A stretch of DNA of 50,067 bases from positions 1 to 50,067 of the forward strand of contig JAZNLN010000185.1 of assembly GCA_045579125.1 (NCBI GenBank), written 5' to 3'. Shown piece after piece: positions 1-10,030 of the stretch (positions are counted from its first letter, which is position 1; every line of letters begins with the position of its first letter). The notes under the pieces are model-generated. The model was given only the letters and a program-made list of their open reading frames with translations. It was not told the origin of the DNA and made no database searches. The DNA is from Ruminiclostridium sp. Its GTDB lineage: Bacteria > Bacillota > Clostridia > Oscillospirales > Ruminococcaceae. The translations under genes were made by a program, and so were the position numbers.

Positions 1-1148
1 CCCTCTGCACCGTCGGTTTTTTTGCCGCTGTACTTGCTTTCGTGGTCGCCGATACCTGTGGAAACGCCTGCGGATACTTTTGTTGCGGCAATTTTGACGA
101 TACCGTTTCTGAAGCTCACGCTCTCCCTCGACGAAACTGTAATCCCGACAAAAGGCAGAAAAATCCTGTATGCGCAGATAATCTGACAAAGCTGTGTTTC
201 GTGAACGTCAAGGGGATTGATTTTGTCATTGTTGATAATGGGGCGGAGCCTTGGACAGGACAGCGACATTTCGGCGTGGGGGTATTTGCGCTGTAAGAAG
301 TAAACGTGCAGTGCGCTTGCAAGTGCGTCCTTTCGGAAGTCGGACAAGCCGAGAAGCGCCGAGAATGCCACTCCTCTCATTCCGCCCATAAGCGCACGCT
401 CCTGTGCGTCAAAGCGGTAAGGGTATATACGCTTGTGTCCAAGCAGGTGCAAATCGGAATATCGGCGGCTGTCGTAGGTTTCCTGAAACACCGTCACATA
501 ATCCGCACCGCATTCGTGGAGATATTTATATTCATCCACATTCACGGGATAAATTTCAAGCCCGACCATGCGGAAATATTTACGGGCAAGCCTGCATGCC
601 TCGCCGATGTATTCAACATTGCTCATTGCACGGCTTTCTCCCGTAAGAATGAGAATTTCCTCCATGCCACTGTCGGAAATAATCCGCATTTCACGCTCAA
701 TCTGCTCTGTATCAAGCTTCATCCGATTGATGTTGTTGTAGCAGTTGAAACCGCAGTAAACACAGTAATTCTCACAGTAATTAGCAATATACAGCGGCGT
801 GAACATATACACGGTATTGCCGAAATGCTTTGACGTTTCAAGCCTTGCACGCTCTGCCATCTGTTCCAGAAACGGCTCCGCCGCAGGAGATAAATGCGCC
901 TTTAAATCCTCTGTTGTGCATGTTTCGTGCTCAAGCGCCGCCCTTACATCCCTTGCGGTGTATCGGGAATAATCGTAACTATCCATTTCGGACAGCACCC
1001 TGTCCATGATATCGGAGCTTATCCGCTCCATTCCGACCATATATTCCATATGGTCGGTGCGGCTTGCGGGGTCGGTTTCAAGGCGATGCTTTTTTTCAAG
1101 AGCAGAGGGAGAAAGATGTTCACCGTCTACAAAAAATCTGTTATCCAT
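1..1148 (-). CDS. thiH: 2-iminoacetate synthase ThiH (radical SAM), 3' end outside window
   Basis: Not in the ORF track. Manual translation from ATG at 1148 (RBS GAGGTG) gives MDNRFFVDGE...FTPLYIANYCENYCVYCGF (CxxxCxxC)...VFQETY...SCPRLRP...TKVSAG, open to the window edge, directly after thiG. Confidence 0.93.
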   Translation of the reverse strand, partial: MDNRFFVDGEHLSPSALEKKHRLETDPASRTDHMEYMVGMERISSDIMDRVLSEMDSYDYSRYTARDVRAALEHETCTTEDLKAHLSPAAEPFLEQMAERARLETSKHFGNTVYMFTPLYIANYCENYCVYCGFNCYNNINRMKLDTEQIEREMRIISDSGMEEILILTGESRAMSNVEYIGEACRLARKYFRMVGLEIYPVNVDEYKYLHECGADYVTVFQETYDSRRYSDLHLLGHKRIYPYRFDAQERALMGGMRGVAFSALLGLSDFRKDALASALHVYFLQRKYPHAEMSLSCPRLRPIINNDKINPLDVHETQLCQIICAYRIFLPFVGITVSSRESVSFRNGIVKIAATKVSAGVSTGIGDHESKYSGKKTDGAE

Positions 1149-1155
1149 ACGCACC

Positions 1156-1923
1156 TCAATCCCTTAAAAATCCTGTCAGCGGGTCGGATGCGCTTGCGCC
1201 TCTCGTCAGCACTCGTCCAAGCCCCGAAAGATATGCTTTTCTGCCCGCCTCAACAGCGTTTCTGAATGCCGCCGCCATAAGCGGTAAATCTCCCGCTGTT
1301 GCGAGAGCGGTGTTTGCCATAATCGCCGCCGCACCCATTTCCATCGCCTCGCATGCCTGCGACGGTCTGCCGATTCCTGCGTCAACGATAACGGGCAGGT
1401 CGATTTCGTCAACAAGTATCTGAATAAACTCCCTTGTGGCAAGGCCTTTGTTTGAGCCGATAGGCGCCGCAAGAGGCATTACTGCCGCCGCACCTGCGCT
1501 TACAAAACCCCGTGCCGCATACAAATCGGGATACATGTAAGGCAGTACCACAAAGCCCTCATTTGCAAGTATTTCGGTAGCTTTTATAGTTTCGTTGTTG
1601 TCGGGAAGCAAATATTTCGTATCACGCATAATCTCAATCTTTACGAAATCACCGCACCCGATTTCACGGGCAAGCCTCGCAATGCGCACAGCTTCCTCCG
1701 CCGTTCTTGCCCCCGAGGTGTTGGGGAGCAAGGTTACTCCCTTTGGTATGTAGTCAAGGATATTTTCCTGTTCCTTTGTATTTGCACGGCGCACCGCAAG
1801 GGTTATAATCTCCGCCCCTGCGTCACGGACCGCCGCCTCAATCAGATTGAGCGAATATTTCCCCGAGCCGAGGATAAAGCGTGAGCTGAATTCGTGTCCG
1901 CCTAAAATAAGTTTGTCTTCCAT
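1156..1923 (-). CDS. thiG: Thiazole synthase ThiG
   Basis: [55 protein letters not shown] motifs; start set at MEDKL (RBS GAAAGGAA). Confidence 0.96.
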   Translation of the reverse strand: MEDKLILGGHEFSSRFILGSGKYSLNLIEAAVRDAGAEIITLAVRRANTKEQENILDYIPKGVTLLPNTSGARTAEEAVRIARLAREIGCGDFVKIEIMRDTKYLLPDNNETIKATEILANEGFVVLPYMYPDLYAARGFVSAGAAAVMPLAAPIGSNKGLATREFIQILVDEIDLPVIVDAGIGRPSQACEAMEMGAAAIMANTALATAGDLPLMAAAFRNAVEAGRKAYLSGLGRVLTRGASASDPLTGFLRD

Positions 1924-1936
1924 AATAAATTCCTTT

Positions 1937-2563
1937 CTATACGTCAAATTCACCTGCGATAATACGCAGAACTGCGTTTGCCTGATGTGCGGCGCAGAGC
2001 ATTACACGGGGAGCAAAAAGCGTTCCGTCATTTTCAACGTCACTTGCTCCGTCACCGCAGATATACAGCCGTTTCCCGAGCCTTTTCGTCCGTATCGTGT
2101 TTGCTGTGTGCAGACCCGACATTCCCGAGGCTGCAACTATATACTTTTCGGGATAGCACTCCGAAATACCATCCACAAGCATAGCCTTGCACTCGGCACT
2201 GTCAAAGCATTCACAGACTATACCGCTGTCTGCGGCGAGCGACAGATTTTCCTCCGTCAGCTTTGCCGTATGCGCAATAACCTTGCAGTAAGGCGCTGTC
2301 GCCGCAAGTATCTGTTTCATAGCGTCCGTCTTATACATTCCGAGCTGTGAAACTGCGTATTGCTGACGGTGAAGATTTGAAATGTCCACCCTGTCAAAAT
2401 CAATCAGCACAAGGGTTCCGACGCCCGCTCTTGCTAGCGAAACCGCAACGTTTGAGCCAAGTCCTCCGAGCCCGCAGACGGCAATGCAGGCTGATGATAA
2501 TTTCCGCTGTAACTCTGCTCCGTACCGCTGTTCAAGAGCGCCAAGCCATTCCTCCTTTGTCAT
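1937..2563 (-). CDS. thiF: ThiS adenylyltransferase ThiF
   Basis: GLGGLGS nucleotide loop, [14 protein letters not shown]1-like motif; lies between thiS and thiG; start at MTKEE, 1 nt after the thiS stop. Confidence 0.92.
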   Translation of the reverse strand: MTKEEWLGALEQRYGAELQRKLSSACIAVCGLGGLGSNVAVSLARAGVGTLVLIDFDRVDISNLHRQQYAVSQLGMYKTDAMKQILAATAPYCKVIAHTAKLTEENLSLAADSGIVCECFDSAECKAMLVDGISECYPEKYIVAASGMSGLHTANTIRTKRLGKRLYICGDGASDVENDGTLFAPRVMLCAAHQANAVLRIIAGEFDV

Positions 2564-2564
2564 A

Positions 2565-2759
2565 TCAGCCGCCTCCCACAAAGCTTACGATTTCAGCGCT
2601 GTCGCCGTCCTGAATTACAGTACTGTCATACTTCACTTTCGGCAGAATATCTCCGTTAAGCTCCACCGCTACACGCTTGACGTCATATCCGCTTTCCGCA
2701 AGAAATTCAAACATTGTTTTCCCCGCAATATCAATCTCTTCGCCATTGATTTTTACCAT
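2565..2759 (-). CDS. thiS: Sulfur carrier protein ThiS
   Basis: 64 aa, VAVELNGDI and C-terminal EIVSFVGGG di-glycine. Confidence 0.95.
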   Translation of the reverse strand: MVKINGEEIDIAGKTMFEFLAESGYDVKRVAVELNGDILPKVKYDSTVIQDGDSAEIVSFVGGG

Positions 2760-2768
2760 GCTTTCACC

Positions 2769-4067
2769 TCACAAAATGTCTATATATTCGCCCTCAAGAG
2801 CCTTGTTCATACTTCTTACAGCGCAGAATTTTCCGCACATTGAACAGCTTTCCTCAATTTCGGGCTTTCTGTCATCACGGATTTTCTTTGCGGTTTCGGG
2901 GTCAATGGCGCACTCCCACTGCTTGTCCCAGTCGAATGTTCTTCGTGCTTCAGCCATCTCGTTGTCGACATCTGCTGCGTGAGGAATGTGTTTTGCAATG
3001 TCGGCAGCGTGAGCGGCAATTTTTGACGCAATAATACCCTGCTTTACGTCCTCTACATTCGGCAAAGCAAGATGCTCGGCAGGAGTAACATAACAGAGAA
3101 ATGCCGCACCGTTCATTGCCGCAGTCGCTCCTCCGATTGCGGAGGTAATATGGTCATAGCCCGGAGCAATATCCGTAACCAGCGGTCCGAGCACATAGAA
3201 CGGCGCACCCATACATATTGTCTGCTGTATCTTCATATTTGCGGCTATCTGGTCAAGAGGCATGTGCCCCGGACCCTCTATCATTACCTGAACATCCTTT
3301 GCCCACGCTCTTTTTGTAAGCTCCCCGAGACGTACAAGCTCCTCTATCTGGCAGACGTCGCTTGCGTCGGCAAGACACCCGGGGCGGCAGGCGTCGCCAA
3401 GCGAAATCGTCACATCATACTGACGGCAGATGTCAAGAATTTCGTCATAGCATTCGTAAAAGGGATTTTCGTTCCCCGTCATACTCATCCACGCAAACAC
3501 AAGCGAGCCGCCACGGGATACGATATTCATTTTACGCTTATGCCGCTTTATCTGCTCGATGGTTTTGCGTGTAATCCCGCAGTGAAGCGTAACAAAGTCA
3601 ACGCCGTCCTCTGCGTGCAGACGCACCACATCAATAAAATCCTTTGCAGTGAGCTCCGAAAGGTCACGCTGATAGTGAATTACGCTGTCGTAAACAGGGA
3701 CTGTACCTATTATTGCGGGACACTCCCTGACCAGCTTCTGTCTGAACGGCTGTGTATTGCCGTGAGAGGACAAGTCCATAATTGCCTCTGCGCCCATATC
3801 TACCGCCGTCATTACCTTTTTCATCTCAACGTCGTAATCCTTGCAGTCCCTTGAAACTCCCAGATTGACATTGATTTTTGTACGGAGCATTGAGCCTACC
3901 CCGTTCGGCTCAATACATTTGTGCAGTCTGTTGGCGCAGATTACAACCTGCCCCTTTGCCACGAGCTCACGGATTTCTTCTGCCGTGCGGTATTCTTTTT
4001 TCGCAACAGCCTCCATTTCCTTTGTGAGGATTCCTTTTCTCGCCGCTTCCATTTGAGTTTTGTACAT
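2769..4067 (-). CDS. thiC: Phosphomethylpyrimidine synthase ThiC
   Basis: [44 protein letters not shown] Fe-S motif; RBS GGAGG. Confidence 0.97.
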   Translation of the reverse strand: MYKTQMEAARKGILTKEMEAVAKKEYRTAEEIRELVAKGQVVICANRLHKCIEPNGVGSMLRTKINVNLGVSRDCKDYDVEMKKVMTAVDMGAEAIMDLSSHGNTQPFRQKLVRECPAIIGTVPVYDSVIHYQRDLSELTAKDFIDVVRLHAEDGVDFVTLHCGITRKTIEQIKRHKRKMNIVSRGGSLVFAWMSMTGNENPFYECYDEILDICRQYDVTISLGDACRPGCLADASDVCQIEELVRLGELTKRAWAKDVQVMIEGPGHMPLDQIAANMKIQQTICMGAPFYVLGPLVTDIAPGYDHITSAIGGATAAMNGAAFLCYVTPAEHLALPNVEDVKQGIIASKIAAHAADIAKHIPHAADVDNEMAEARRTFDWDKQWECAIDPETAKKIRDDRKPEIEESCSMCGKFCAVRSMNKALEGEYIDIL

Positions 4068-4110
4068 ATTTTTCCTCCGTTGATTTATTTTTAACAGACG
4101 GCAACAGATG

Positions 4111-4191
4111 AAAACAAAAAGAAGCTACCGATTTCGATAGCTTCTTTGTTCCGCATATATAAAAAATGCACCGACGTTAAAGCGTCAGCGC
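4111..4191 (-). terminator. Two tandem intrinsic terminator hairpins in the thiC leader (riboswitch expression platform)
   Basis: Minus strand: GCGCTGACG-ctttaa-CGTCGGTGC-ATTTTTT (4161-4191) and AAAGAAGCTATCG-aaat-CGGTAGCTTCTTT-TTGTTTTC (4111-4147). Confidence 0.7.
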
Positions 4192-4195
4192 TTTA

Positions 4196-4290
4196 CAGTC
4201 GTCCCTACGTTGGCATTATCCAAATCAGGTTATCGGTCGGAGGTTATACCCCCCTCTCAGCCTGTAACACAAGCTCCCGTCTGTTAAATT
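4196..4290 (-). ncRNA. TPP riboswitch aptamer
   Basis: Minus strand reads GGGAGC...GGCTGAGAG...GACCGATAACCTGATTTGGATAATGCCAACGTAGGGA, the THI-box consensus, upstream of thiC. Confidence 0.95.
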
Positions 4291-4298
4291 GTATACCC

Positions 4299-4327
4299 AT
4301 TATACACCATAAATCAGAAAAAAGCAA
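4299..4327 (-). promoter_or_regulatory. SigA-type promoter of the thi operon
   Basis: TTGCTT-N17-TATAAT on the minus strand, immediately 5' of the aptamer. Confidence 0.75.
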
Positions 4328-4428
4328 GAGGAATTTTTAAAAATGATATACAGGCTCTGCGGCAGCGAAATGTTTATGCTGCGCACAAAAACATTATCGT
4401 ATTAGTATACAAAATTTTTGTAAAGGTA

Positions 4429-4481
4429 TTGATTTTTTCTGAATATATGTTACAATATAAGTATCGTATAAAACGATTACA
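4429..4481 (+). promoter_or_regulatory. SigA promoter plus putative operator for the isomerase gene
   Basis: TTGATT-N16-TACAAT with extended -10 TG, followed by GTATAA-aac-GATTACA (4466-4481). Confidence 0.55.
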
Positions 4482-4503
4482 TTTTTTAGGAGGATTGATT
4501 ACA

Positions 4504-5985
4504 ATGAACAATATCCCACAGGTTAAAATCGGCATTGTTGCCGTTTCAAGAGACTGCTTCCCCGAATCTCTTTCCGTAAACCGCCGCAAGGCAGTTGTAA
4601 AGGCTTATAAGGAAAAGTACGGCGAGGCTGATATTTACGAATGTCCCGTATGTATCGTTGAAAGCGAAATACATATGGTACAGGCGCTTGAGGACATTAA
4701 AAAGGCAGGCTGTAACGCTCTTTGCGTATACCTCGGAAACTTCGGTCCCGAAATATCCGAAACTCTGCTCGCAAAGCATTTTGACGGTCCGTCAATGTTC
4801 GTAGCCGCTGCCGAGGAAAACGGCGACAGCCTTGTTCAGGGCAGAGGCGACGCTTACTGCGGCATGCTCAACGCAAGCTACAACCTCAAGTTAAGAGGCG
4901 TTAAGGCATATATCCCCGAATATCCCGTCGGCACAGCTGACGAGGTTGCTGATATGATAAAGGAATTCGTACCCATCGCAAGAGGTATCATCGGTCTTTC
5001 CGAGCTGAAGATTATAAGCTTCGGTCCCCGCCCTCTCAACTTCCTTGCATGCAACGCACCTATCAAGCAGCTTTACAATCTCGGCGTTGAAATTGAAGAA
5101 AACTCCGAGCTTGACCTTTTCGAAGCATTCAAAAAGCACGACAATGACCCCCGCATTCCCGAGGTTGTTGCAGATATGGAAAAAGAACTCGGCGAGGGCA
5201 ACCTCAAGCCGACAATTCTTCCCAAGCTTGCACAGTACGAGCTTACTCTCCTTGACTGGATTGAGGAGCACAGAGGTTACAGAAAGTATGTTGCCATTGC
5301 GGGCAAGTGCTGGCCTGCATTCCAGACGCAGTTCGGTTTCGTTCCCTGCTATGTAAACAGCCGCCTTACAGGCAGAGGCATCCCCGTTTCCTGCGAGGTT
5401 GACATCTACGGTGCTCTCAGCGAATTTATCGGCACATGCGTAACAGAGGACGCAGTTACTCTCCTCGACATCAACAACACAGTTCCCGCAGATATGTATA
5501 ATGAGTCCATCAAGGGCAAGTTCGACTACACACATCAGGATACATTCATGGGCTTCCACTGCGGCAATACAACCTCCAAGAAGCTGAACGCATGCTCTAT
5601 GAAGTATCAGATGATTATGGCGAGAAGCCTTCCCGAGGAAGTTACACAGGGTACGCTTGAAGGCGACATTATCCCCGGAGACATCACATTCTTCCGCCTC
5701 CAGAGCACGGCAGACGCACAGCTCAGCGCATACATCGCACAGGGCGAGGTACTTCCTGTCGCTACACGCTCGTTCGGCGCAATCGGTATTTTCGCAATCC
5801 CCGAAATGGGCAGATTCTACCGTCACGTTCTTATCGAGGGAAATTTCCCGCACCACGGCGCAGTTGCATTCGGTCACGCAGGCAAGGCAATTTTTGAGAT
5901 ATTCCGTTATCTCGGCGTAGAGAACATCGGCTTTAACCAGCCCAAGAACATGCTTTACAAGAGCGAAAATCCTTTCGTTAAGTAA
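4504..5985 (+). CDS. L-fucose/L-arabinose isomerase family protein
   Basis: GNFGPE, RGDAYCG, KCWPAFQ, SCEVD, FHCGN, FPHHGAV motifs typical of FucI-like isomerases; RBS AGGAGG before ATG 4504; codon usage resembles pgk/tpiA (highly expressed). Confidence 0.85.
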   Translation: MNNIPQVKIGIVAVSRDCFPESLSVNRRKAVVKAYKEKYGEADIYECPVCIVESEIHMVQALEDIKKAGCNALCVYLGNFGPEISETLLAKHFDGPSMFVAAAEENGDSLVQGRGDAYCGMLNASYNLKLRGVKAYIPEYPVGTADEVADMIKEFVPIARGIIGLSELKIISFGPRPLNFLACNAPIKQLYNLGVEIEENSELDLFEAFKKHDNDPRIPEVVADMEKELGEGNLKPTILPKLAQYELTLLDWIEEHRGYRKYVAIAGKCWPAFQTQFGFVPCYVNSRLTGRGIPVSCEVDIYGALSEFIGTCVTEDAVTLLDINNTVPADMYNESIKGKFDYTHQDTFMGFHCGNTTSKKLNACSMKYQMIMARSLPEEVTQGTLEGDIIPGDITFFRLQSTADAQLSAYIAQGEVLPVATRSFGAIGIFAIPEMGRFYRHVLIEGNFPHHGAVAFGHAGKAIFEIFRYLGVENIGFNQPKNMLYKSENPFVK

Positions 5986-5995
5986 TTGCATATAT

Positions 5996-6028
5996 AAAGA
6001 CGGCTCCCGAATTACTCGGGAGCTGTTT
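5996..6028 (+). terminator. Intrinsic terminator/hairpin after the isomerase
   Basis: ACGGCTCCCGA-attac-TCGGGAGCTGT-TT. Confidence 0.65.
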
Positions 6029-6073
6029 GCAAATATACAGAAAAATAACAGCTGACTTTATAAGGAGCCGATT

Positions 6074-7816
6074 ATGTTTGAAATCAAAGACGATTTTTAC
6101 CTTGACGGAAAGCCGTTCAAAATAGTTTCGGGCTCGTTCCACTATTTCCGCACAGTTCCCGAATATTGGCAGGACAGACTTGAAAAGCTTGTGAACATGG
6201 GCTGTAATACGGTCGAAACGTATATCCCCTGGAACTTCCACGAGCCTCGGAGGGGCAAATTCCTGTGGGACGGCATGCACGATATATGCCGCTTTATCGA
6301 GCTTGCGCAAAGCCTTGGACTGTATATCATAATCCGTCCGTCGCCGTACATCTGCTCGGAGTGGGATTTCGGCGGACTTCCCGCATGGCTGCTTGAGGAT
6401 AAGGGAATGAAACTTCGGTGCAGTTATGAGCCGTATCTGCGTGCGGTAAAGGAATATTACAGCGTGCTTATACCTAAGCTCGTGCCGTATCAGATTGACA
6501 ACGGCGGCAGAATAATTCTCTTTCAGATAGAAAACGAGTACGGATATTACGGCAACGACAGGGCGTATCTTGAATTTCTGCGTGATACGATGCGAGAGCT
6601 GGGCGTGACTGTTCCGTTTGTCACGTCCGACGGACCGTGGAATGAGCCTGTCTTTAAATCGGGGCTTGTAGACGGCGCTCTCCCTACGGGTAATTTCGGC
6701 TCTGCGGCAGAATGGCAGTTCGGTCAGATGAGAAAGTTTATCGGAGATGATAAACCGCTTATGTGCATGGAATTCTGGAACGGCTGGTTTGACGCATGGG
6801 GCGAGGAGCATCATGTTACAGCTCCCGAAAAAGCAGGCGAGGAGCTTGATGAACTGCTGAAAAGAGGCAGCGTGAATTTCTACATGTTTGAGGGCGGTAC
6901 GAATTTTGGGTTTACAGCAGGCCGCAACAGCGGAAAGGAAACTGCCGACGTCACGTCTTACGATTACGACGCCCCGCTCACGGAGGACGGCCGCATTACG
7001 CCTAAATATGAGCTTTTCAGAGAGATAATATCGAAATATATTCCTGTCCGTGAGGTACCGCTTACGACCGAAATAAAGCGGATTTCCTACGGCGAAACAG
7101 CCTGCTCGGGAAAAGCCGGTCTGTTCAGCGTTCTCGGCAAAATCAGCGCTCCTATAAAATCCCCCTACCCGCTCACTATGGAGGAAATCGGTCAGAACTG
7201 CGGCTACATACTTTACCGAACCGATGTCAGAGCTAACGAAACAGTAAAGGAGATACGACTTGAGGGAGCGGCAGACAGGGTGCAGGCATATCACAACGGC
7301 GAGTTCCTGCACACATTCTTCGGCGGAAATATATCCGAAAAGGCTGAATTTGACGGAAGAAAAAGCGGCGGCACGGTCGATTTACTGTGCGAAAACATCG
7401 GCAGAGAAAACTTCGGAACAGGCCTTGAAAACCAACGCAAAGGAATATCGGGCGGCGTAAAAATCAACGACCACAGACAGTACGGCTACGAGATTTATTC
7501 TCTCCCGCTTGACGAAAAACAGCTTGAAAAGATAGATTTCAGCGGCAACTGTGCCGAGGGCGAGCCTGCGTTTTACAGATTTACATTCAACGTCAGCGAG
7601 CCCGGCGACACATTCCTTGACACCGACGGTTTCGGAAAGGGCTGTGCATTTATAAACGGTTTCAATCTCGGTCGTTTCTGGGATATAGGACCGCAGAAAC
7701 GTCTTTACATTCCCGCTCCGCTCCTTAAAATCGGAGAAAACGAAATAATTATCTTCGAAACCGAAGGAAAAGCGGCGGAAAGCATTTCCCTCTGCGGCGA
7801 GCCTGACCTTGGCTGA
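6074..7816 (+). CDS. GH35 beta-galactosidase
   Basis: SGSFHYFR, NTVETYIPWNFHEP, RPSPYICSEWDFGGLPAWL, QIENEYG (acid/base), MEFWNGWFD (nucleophile), TSYDYDAPL, NLGRFW. Confidence 0.94.
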   Translation: MFEIKDDFYLDGKPFKIVSGSFHYFRTVPEYWQDRLEKLVNMGCNTVETYIPWNFHEPRRGKFLWDGMHDICRFIELAQSLGLYIIIRPSPYICSEWDFGGLPAWLLEDKGMKLRCSYEPYLRAVKEYYSVLIPKLVPYQIDNGGRIILFQIENEYGYYGNDRAYLEFLRDTMRELGVTVPFVTSDGPWNEPVFKSGLVDGALPTGNFGSAAEWQFGQMRKFIGDDKPLMCMEFWNGWFDAWGEEHHVTAPEKAGEELDELLKRGSVNFYMFEGGTNFGFTAGRNSGKETADVTSYDYDAPLTEDGRITPKYELFREIISKYIPVREVPLTTEIKRISYGETACSGKAGLFSVLGKISAPIKSPYPLTMEEIGQNCGYILYRTDVRANETVKEIRLEGAADRVQAYHNGEFLHTFFGGNISEKAEFDGRKSGGTVDLLCENIGRENFGTGLENQRKGISGGVKINDHRQYGYEIYSLPLDEKQLEKIDFSGNCAEGEPAFYRFTFNVSEPGDTFLDTDGFGKGCAFINGFNLGRFWDIGPQKRLYIPAPLLKIGENEIIIFETEGKAAESISLCGEPDLG

Positions 7817-7920
7817 ATGTAGCGTCAGGCGCCTCATCACAGCAGGAATGTGATGCTTCGCACTTTATCCATGCGGAGGAAAAACAACCTTACAGCACAT
7901 ATGTCAAAGGAGAAAACATC

Positions 7921-8211
7921 ATGAAAATACTTAAAAATATTTCCAGGGCGGAGCTGGATTATCTCACAAGTCAGCCTACTGCGAAAGAGCTGATTGAAAA
8001 GAACAGAACGGACGCCGTGAATATACCCAAAGGCGACGCCAAGGCTGCGGCCGAATTTACGGAGGCACGCAAAAAAGAAAAGCAGGAGGATTCCTTTCAG
8101 CTGTCGGACGCAGGTCTTGACATTTTAAAAAAATCTCCGGCGACAGCAGATAACGGCATAAATCCAAAGAAAAAGGAAAATCCGGAGCTGATTCTTTACA
8201 GCAAGAAATAA
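7921..8211 (+). CDS. Hypothetical charged protein (96 aa)
   Basis: Strong RBS AAAGGAGA, fills the gap co-directionally; no recognisable domain. Confidence 0.7.
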   Translation: MKILKNISRAELDYLTSQPTAKELIEKNRTDAVNIPKGDAKAAAEFTEARKKEKQEDSFQLSDAGLDILKKSPATADNGINPKKKENPELILYSKK

Positions 8212-8231
8212 ACAAATAAAGGAAATCAAAT

Positions 8232-8624
8232 ATGAATAACACATGGCAGTCGCTTTACGAGGCGGCACTGAAAGTACAGAACGGACGAAAAATATCGGAT
8301 TATATCGAAGCCGGCGGTGTTGCGGCGGCGGTGCTTTCCGCTTCGGGAAAGATTTATACGGGAGTATGTATAGACACCTGCTCGACTCTCGGAATATGCG
8401 CCGAAAGAAACGCAATTTTCAGCATGATAACAAACGGAGAAAACGAAATCCGAAAGGTGCTTGCGATAATGCCCAACGGAAAAACAGGAGCTCCGTGCGG
8501 AGCGTGCCGTGAGCTTATGGTACAACTTATGCCCGAAAAGTACAAGGACGTGGAAATCATGCTCGATTACGAAAGCGGAAAAACAATAACGCTCGGCGGG
8601 CTAACTCCCGAATGGTGGATATAG
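8232..8624 (+). CDS. Cytidine deaminase family zinc deaminase
   Basis: CAERNA...APCGACRE zinc motif of tetrameric CDA-type enzymes. Confidence 0.88.
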   Translation: MNNTWQSLYEAALKVQNGRKISDYIEAGGVAAAVLSASGKIYTGVCIDTCSTLGICAERNAIFSMITNGENEIRKVLAIMPNGKTGAPCGACRELMVQLMPEKYKDVEIMLDYESGKTITLGGLTPEWWI

Positions 8625-8647
8625 TCTGAAAAACGGAGGCGGTAAAT

Positions 8648-9142
8648 ATGATACTTCGGGAATACAAAAAGGAAGATTCGGCGGTTATCTGCAAGTGGAT
8701 AAGGAGCGAGGAAGAACTGTATAAATGGTCGGCGGACAGATTCAACAAATATCCCCTTTCCGAAAACGACATCAACGACAACTATGCGCCGCAGATTGCC
8801 TCGAAAAGATTTTTCCCTCTCGTAGCAGCAGATGACGGCGGAAACCCAATCGGACATTTCATAATCCGCTACCCGAGCGAGGACAATTCCTCCGTCAGAT
8901 TCGGGTTTGTTATTCTCAATCCCGATTTGAGAGGCAAGGGCAACGGAAAGAAAATGCTGCGGCTCGGCATTGAGCATGTAAAGGAAAAGCTCGGAGCAAA
9001 AAGAATTGACCTGGGCGTGTTCGTCGGCAATGACAGCGCACGGCACTGCTACGAGGCAGTCGGCTTTAAAGAGTACAGCAGACGTGACTGCGAAATGCCT
9101 GTCGGCGTATGGGAATGTATCGACATGGAGTTGTTTCTGTAA
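8648..9142 (+). CDS. GNAT family N-acetyltransferase
   Basis: PDLRGKGNGK acetyl-CoA motif A; NDSARHCYEAVGF motif B. Confidence 0.88.
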   Translation: MILREYKKEDSAVICKWIRSEEELYKWSADRFNKYPLSENDINDNYAPQIASKRFFPLVAADDGGNPIGHFIIRYPSEDNSSVRFGFVILNPDLRGKGNGKKMLRLGIEHVKEKLGAKRIDLGVFVGNDSARHCYEAVGFKEYSRRDCEMPVGVWECIDMELFL

Positions 9143-9213
9143 AAAAACAGCCCCATAGTTTTAAAACCACGGAGCTGAAAATATCTGTACGGCGCACGCC
9201 GTTGACTAATGAT

Positions 9214-9870
9214 TCAAGCGATTTTTCCGTCGCTTATACGAATTATGCGGTCTGCGGCGTGCGCCGCTTTTTCGTCGTGCGTTATAAGGAGAATGGTTTT
9301 CCCTCTTTTGTGCTGCTCCTCAAGCATGCCCATAACAGCCGCACCCGCTCTGCTGTCAAGATTTCCGCAGGGCTCGTCGGCAAGGATAATCGGCGTGTCG
9401 GCGGCAATTGCACGGGCAACCGCAACCCTCTGCTGCTGGCCGCCCGAAAGCTGGGCGGGCTTGTGCTCGGAGCGCATGGAAAGTCCTACTGCGGCGAGCG
9501 CTTTTTCTGCGATTTGCCTGCGTTCGTTTCGGGAAATGCCACGATATGCCAGAGGTAGAGCGACATTCTCGGCGGCAGTAAGAGTTTTCACAAGATTAAA
9601 GCTCTGAAAAATAAAGCCTATTTTCTTATTTCTGATGTCCGAAAGCCGCCTGCCCGAAAGCGTCGACACGTCCTCGCCATCTATAAGCAGCCTCCCTCCG
9701 CTCGGCGTGTCAAGGCAGCCGAGTATGTTCATAAGAGTGCTTTTACCCGAGCCGCTGGCGCCTGTTACGGCGACAAATTCTCCCCTCGCTATCTCAAAAC
9801 TGACGCCGCCGAGAGCGCACACCTCCCCGCCGACGCTATACAGCTTTGTCAGATTTTCAGCCCTTATCAT
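9214..9870 (-). CDS. MacB/LolD-type ABC transporter ATP-binding protein
   Basis: Walker A GASGSGKST, GFIFQSFNL, LSGGQQQRVAVARA, ILADEPCGNLD, ITHD. Confidence 0.94.
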   Translation of the reverse strand: MIRAENLTKLYSVGGEVCALGGVSFEIARGEFVAVTGASGSGKSTLMNILGCLDTPSGGRLLIDGEDVSTLSGRRLSDIRNKKIGFIFQSFNLVKTLTAAENVALPLAYRGISRNERRQIAEKALAAVGLSMRSEHKPAQLSGGQQQRVAVARAIAADTPIILADEPCGNLDSRAGAAVMGMLEEQHKRGKTILLITHDEKAAHAADRIIRISDGKIA

Positions 9871-10030
9871 TCTCCGACGTCACCTCCGAAACCGCCTTTT
9901 TATCCGTTTCCTCACGTCGGAAATAACAGCAGCCCGAGCCTGCGGAATCAGAAATTTTCGCCCTTCCGTCAAGCATGCAGTAACCGTTTTTCTGATGCAG
10001 GCACCTTTCGCCGCAGTTTATCATATTCAT
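9857..10030 (-). CDS. Small Cys-rich hypothetical protein (57 aa)
   Basis: Below the ORF-track cut-off. RBS AAGGGGA, ATG 10030, MNMINCGERCLHQKNGYCMLDGRAKISDSAGSGCCYFRREETDKKAVSEVTSENDKG*, overlapping the ATPase start by 14 nt. Confidence 0.7.
   Translation of the reverse strand: MNMINCGERCLHQKNGYCMLDGRAKISDSAGSGCCYFRREETDKKAVSEVTSENDKG

Noticed and set aside
42-1265. Plus-strand ORFs listed at the window start
   Set aside because: The region is occupied by thiH on the minus strand.
4891-7312. 366-aa and 444-aa minus-strand ORFs
   Set aside because: Antisense shadows of the isomerase and GH35 genes.
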